Source of the DNA: an uncultured Nitrososphaerota archaeon
GTDB taxonomy: Archaea > Thermoproteota > EX4484-205 > JAAOZO01
Assembly: GCA_964408285.1 (NCBI GenBank)
Contig: CAYOYV010000001.1
Location: forward strand, 32,001-96,000
Direction of reading: 5' to 3'
DNA length: 64,000 nucleotides
Under the pieces are notes generated by a model that worked only from the letters and a program-made list of their open reading frames with translations, searched no databases and had not been told where the DNA came from. Numbering within the stretch: the first letter of the stretch is position 1; every line of letters starts with the position of its first letter. Below are positions 60,174 through 64,000 of the stretch, in pieces. Position numbers and translations under genes: made by a program.

Positions 60174-60809
60174 CTACCAGTTCAGCTTTGCAAGGAATCC
60201 CAAGGCAATTAGAGCATGGCCGTTCATATTCGGGTGAACGCCATCTTCTGTTGTCCAAACGGAATTTGATGTCTTGGTGCTGGCTCGTCTGAACAACGAC
60301 TCGAGCTGAATCAGCAGAGTCTTGTGGCGTTTGGCCAGCTTTCGAATGACTTGATTGTAAGGAGCTATGTCATAGGCTCTGCGATATCTATCTTCATGTG
60401 CTACAAAGAATGTTTCGGATAGAATCAGGTGAGCGGACGTTTCTTCATGTGCTCTGTCAAGGATCTTTTCGTAGCATGCCTCGAATTCCTCCGCGGCAGT
60501 CTTGGAGTCCTTGTTGGCGCTGTAGTCGGACGCAACGTTATTGATGCCTATGGCTATTGAAATCCAATCAGGTCTTTCTTGGACGACATCCGGGGTCCAC
60601 CTAGCTACTAATCGTTGGACTGTCTCGCCGCTGATCCCCTTATTCAACCATTGGATGGACCTGTCAGGATACTTGGCAGTGACCAATGCTGATACCAACT
60701 GAACATATCCATTTCCAAGGGGTGCGAAATCAAGTTGTCTACCGCAATCAGTTATGCTGTCACCTATGAAAACTACCTTCTCTCGAGAACGTATCTCGAA
60801 TTCAGGCAA
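60174..60809 (-). CDS. SGNH/GDSL hydrolase (possible carbohydrate esterase)
   Basis: FIGDSITD, NKGISG, GINN, DGVHPN. Confidence 0.92.
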   Translation of the reverse strand: MPEFEIRSREKVVFIGDSITDCGRQLDFAPLGNGYVQLVSALVTAKYPDRSIQWLNKGISGETVQRLVARWTPDVVQERPDWISIAIGINNVASDYSANKDSKTAAEEFEACYEKILDRAHEETSAHLILSETFFVAHEDRYRRAYDIAPYNQVIRKLAKRHKTLLIQLESLFRRASTKTSNSVWTTEDGVHPNMNGHALIALGFLAKLNW

Positions 60810-60873
60810 ACCAGTTCGCCCAGAGATGATATATCGCGCTTAAAAGTATCATGCAGATTGCCAATGATCGCAG

Positions 60874-61662
60874 CTAGGAGGGCTTTCTAAATGTGACAAT
60901 GTAGAAGGCTTTCAGGATGTCCCTCAGTTGAATCTCAACCATGTCTTTGGGGATTAGGTCAATGGGGGGCTTCATCATTTCCGATCTACCCCTGAAGTGC
61001 TCACCGAAGAAAGGCAGACCTGCATAGAACTTCTCAACCATTGCCATTTCATCTCCTATAAGGATCTTTGTACCTGGCTTGGCTACCCTTATCATCTCAC
61101 CTATGGCTTTCCCCTTGTCGCCAAAGAAGTTTATGCCACCGATATGAAATACAACATCGAAGACATCCTCTTTGAATGGAAGAGATTCCGCATTGCCTAG
61201 GAACAACTCGGCATCAATTTTCCATCTTCTCATATTCCCTTGGCACTTCTTGAGCATTCCCCATGAGATGTCAAGTCCGAAATACTTCGCATTCCTCGGA
61301 AGGAGCCCGACATTGAATCCTGTTCCTATTGAGACCTCGAGCACCTTCGCCTCATTGCTTATCTCAAGATCGGCCAAGACGTTCCTTCTCAGCCTTCCGC
61401 CCGTGAGGAACCCGTAGATCCTACTTCCGAGATCATAGAATCCGGCCGATCGATCGTATAAGTCCTGATACTGCTTGTTCAAGCCAGAGATCTCGGTGTA
61501 GTCGATGAACATTGGAATGCCATCTTGAATGGGGAACTTCCTTCCGGATTCAATTCCCACCAATGCCTCACTTGGGACGCCGTCCCGTCTCATTTCAGAT
61601 ATCAACTTTAGTGGTTCGAAGGTTCCCGGACAACAGAGAAGATTCACGGTATCTGGCTCCAA
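60874..61662 (-). CDS. SAM-dependent methyltransferase with N-terminal Trm112-like domain
   Basis: LLCCP...FPIQDGIP N-domain; VLEVSIGTG, AESLPF, EMIRVAKPG. Confidence 0.85.
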   Translation of the reverse strand: MEPDTVNLLCCPGTFEPLKLISEMRRDGVPSEALVGIESGRKFPIQDGIPMFIDYTEISGLNKQYQDLYDRSAGFYDLGSRIYGFLTGGRLRRNVLADLEISNEAKVLEVSIGTGFNVGLLPRNAKYFGLDISWGMLKKCQGNMRRWKIDAELFLGNAESLPFKEDVFDVVFHIGGINFFGDKGKAIGEMIRVAKPGTKILIGDEMAMVEKFYAGLPFFGEHFRGRSEMMKPPIDLIPKDMVEIQLRDILKAFYIVTFRKPS

Positions 61663-61908
61663 TTGGTTCGTCTTTTCAAAGGGCTGCCTTTGCTTATAGG
61701 GATTTTTTGAAATTGAGCCTCCAAAGCATGCGTTGGGAGCATTGGCACAGTCAAAGGGAATTGCTCTCTCATTCTTGCATGGAAAACAGTTCCGATGCTA
61801 TTAGATGTCGAAACGAAGATGTCTTCGGACATGGGATCGGCATGGATTCTGCTACAAAGCCATGACAAGACGCCCAAATTCAGCAGTCAGTGAAGGAATG
61901 GGATTACA

Positions 61909-63426
61909 TCACTTGAGCCTCAAGTCGAGGCTGCTGATAGAGTGTCTCGGCAACACTTTCGTGAACTTCTTCCCAGAAGCATCTATTGGTTGTCTTATCG
62001 GCTCCACTTCTTTCGGGCTTCCAAAATCGTTATGGGCTCGCACGTCATCAGCGGTTAGGATCGCCATCTCACCTCCATCGACTTCTTTGTTGCCAACAAG
62101 ATTCACCTCGACGTCAAGATCCCCTAGCAAGTCCTGATTCACGCAGGTTAGGATCAGCCTGTTTCCTTCCTGTCCGATCGAAGCTGAAACATCAAGCAAG
62201 TTCGGCTTCCTAATCACACTCGTTCCTTTGACGGAATTGGTGGATTGCTCAGGCATTTTCAGAGGAGGAGAATCGACAGTCACTTCAACAGCTGATTTCC
62301 CCATGTGGCCCCGATACAAGCTGTAGACATGATAGGTCGGCGTCAGGACGGTTTCTTCGCCCTTGGCAAGACACAGGCTTTGGAGGACGTTGATGGTCTG
62401 GGCAATGTTCGCCATCTTCACCTTTGTTGAATGCCTATTGAACATATTCAAGACTACGCCCGCCAATATGGCATCCCTCAGTGTGTTCTGCTGAAATAGC
62501 CCGCTCTCCAAATTCGCTTGGGGGTGCCAAACGCCCCATTCATCGACCGCAATCCCTACCTCCTTTTTTCCATGGCAGAAGTAGTCCACGATCCTTATTG
62601 TCTGTTGAAGTTTTTGTTCCAGGTATTGGGTATCACCAACCAGGTTTAGATACTGGTCCTCGGTGAATTCCACATCTGACCCATACCTTTTCTTGTCGCC
62701 AAAGTAATGATGGATGGAGAGATAATCGATAAGATGCAGTTGGTCTTTAAGACTCTCCATGAATCTGAGATTCCAGTCTCCAGCTGTGTGCCCACAGGCA
62801 ATCAATTTCACCGAAGGATCGAAGCGCTTTAGGAAAGTCGCAAACCTTCTGTACTCTGAGGCATAGTGTAGAGGATCGAATGAGCCGCCGCATGCATAGT
62901 TCTCGTTCCCAATCCCCCAATACCTGACGTTGTGCGGCTTCCGATATCCATTCTTGGCCCTTAGTCTTGCGTAGCTCGATTTGCCTTCGAAATTGCAGTA
63001 CTCAAGCCATGAGGAGGCCTCCTTGGGATTGCCAGATCCAACATTAAGACAAATATAGGGTTCCGCTCCCACAACTGAACAGAATCGCGCATACTCATCT
63101 GTGCCGAATTCATTTGTTTCCAATCCGCCCCACCATAGATTGATCCTGTTTGGCCTCTCTCCGCTAGGTCCGATTCCATCCTCCCAATGATAGAAGTCGG
63201 CGAAACAGCCTCCAGGCCATCTGACAACAGGAGCACATACGTTTCTCAGCGCTTCGACAACTTCCTTCCTGAATCCATACTTGTCGGCTGCCTTGTGTCG
63301 CTTACCCACCCAGATGCCAGGATAGATGCAACTCCCGAGATGCTCAATGAAATGCCCGTAGATGTTCGGATCAATGGTGGCCATGACTGAATCTAGTTTT
63401 ACAGCTATCCTGCATTTGCCTGCCAT
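61909..63426 (-). CDS. abfA: GH51 alpha-L-arabinofuranosidase
   Basis: YGHFIEHLG, RWPGGCFAD, WGIGNE, DEWGVW, MANIAQTINVLQ; ORF open to 63531. Confidence 0.95.
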   Translation of the reverse strand: MAGKCRIAVKLDSVMATIDPNIYGHFIEHLGSCIYPGIWVGKRHKAADKYGFRKEVVEALRNVCAPVVRWPGGCFADFYHWEDGIGPSGERPNRINLWWGGLETNEFGTDEYARFCSVVGAEPYICLNVGSGNPKEASSWLEYCNFEGKSSYARLRAKNGYRKPHNVRYWGIGNENYACGGSFDPLHYASEYRRFATFLKRFDPSVKLIACGHTAGDWNLRFMESLKDQLHLIDYLSIHHYFGDKKRYGSDVEFTEDQYLNLVGDTQYLEQKLQQTIRIVDYFCHGKKEVGIAVDEWGVWHPQANLESGLFQQNTLRDAILAGVVLNMFNRHSTKVKMANIAQTINVLQSLCLAKGEETVLTPTYHVYSLYRGHMGKSAVEVTVDSPPLKMPEQSTNSVKGTSVIRKPNLLDVSASIGQEGNRLILTCVNQDLLGDLDVEVNLVGNKEVDGGEMAILTADDVRAHNDFGSPKEVEPIRQPIDASGKKFTKVLPRHSISSLDLRLK

Positions 63427-63545
63427 GCTGTTCGAATACCAAGCTATTTTTTTAGCTTTGCCCGATGACATTAGATTCAGGCCAAGAGGTGCTTTCCCTC
63501 TGCGATAATGATATATCTCTTGGTGCCTCATTGGCTTCGCTGGAG

Positions 63546-64000
63546 ATGAGGCAAGTCATCTTTGGCCTAATAGGCTGCGGGGGAATAAGCAGAAGGCACA
63601 TCAAGGCGTATGGGAATCTAAAGAACAGGATCAAGGTTTCAGCAGTCTGCGACGCTGTTCCCGAGAGAGCCATCCACGCGATGCAGGCGCTGGGAGCCGA
63701 GACCTACTTCACCGAGTACGATAGGTTGCTTCGGCGCGATGACATCGAGGCCGTAGACATATGCCTTCCCCATGATCTACATAGCATCGTGGCTATTGCC
63801 GCTGCAGAAAGGGGGAAGCATGTGCTTTGCGAGAAGCCGATCGCCAGAACCTTGGATGAGGCGGATGCCATGATCAGAGCCGCTCAGAGGATGGGTGTAG
63901 TACTGATGATAGGAGAGAACTACAGGTTCCTTCCTGAAGTCGCAAGAGCAAAGGAGCTCATCAGCAATGGCGTCATCGGCGACATCTTCCTGGCCAAGGC
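63546..64000 (+). CDS. Gfo/Idh/MocA oxidoreductase (partial, runs off window end)
   Basis: MRQVIFGLIGCGGI...AVDICLPHDLH...GKHVLCEKP...GENYRF. Confidence 0.9.
   Translation, partial: MRQVIFGLIGCGGISRRHIKAYGNLKNRIKVSAVCDAVPERAIHAMQALGAETYFTEYDRLLRRDDIEAVDICLPHDLHSIVAIAAAERGKHVLCEKPIARTLDEADAMIRAAQRMGVVLMIGENYRFLPEVARAKELISNGVIGDIFLAK

Noticed and set aside
1-64000. CRISPR array, rRNA, transposase or integrase
   Set aside because: No regularly spaced repeats, rRNA-like tracts or recombinase/transposase motifs were seen.

Overview
Gene-dense (~50% GC) archaeal chromosomal segment. The evidence is a thermosome gene, an ESCRT-III/CdvB-like gene, a multi-intron tRNA-Gly with bulge-helix-bulge (BHB) geometry, TATA-box promoters, GGAGGTGA-type ribosome binding sites (RBS) and a TackOD1 protein. 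The content suggests a TACK/Thermoproteota lineage such as Bathyarchaeia or Brockarchaeota (inference). About 65 mostly unlinked genes are present. Many encode carbohydrate-active enzymes (GH51, GH116, GH140-like, GH172, sialidase-like, beta-propeller GHs, a 919-aa GH66-like protein), along with four TIM-barrel sugar isomerases, two UroD/MtaA-like proteins, HPS/PHI, a haloarchaeal-type phosphomevalonate decarboxylase, Fpg and two processive GT2 synthases. I found no CRISPR array, rRNA, integrase or transposase. The most unusual sequence-level signal is a strong bias of (CG)n runs toward gene boundaries and pseudogene breakpoints. Other highlights are several pseudogenes, two small ORFs missed by the ORF track, a probable non-AUG start, a hyaluronan-synthase-like GT2 paired with an unknown secreted enzyme, and a PH + winged-helix + Zn-ribbon protein. 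All family assignments come from motif recognition by eye, not from database searches.
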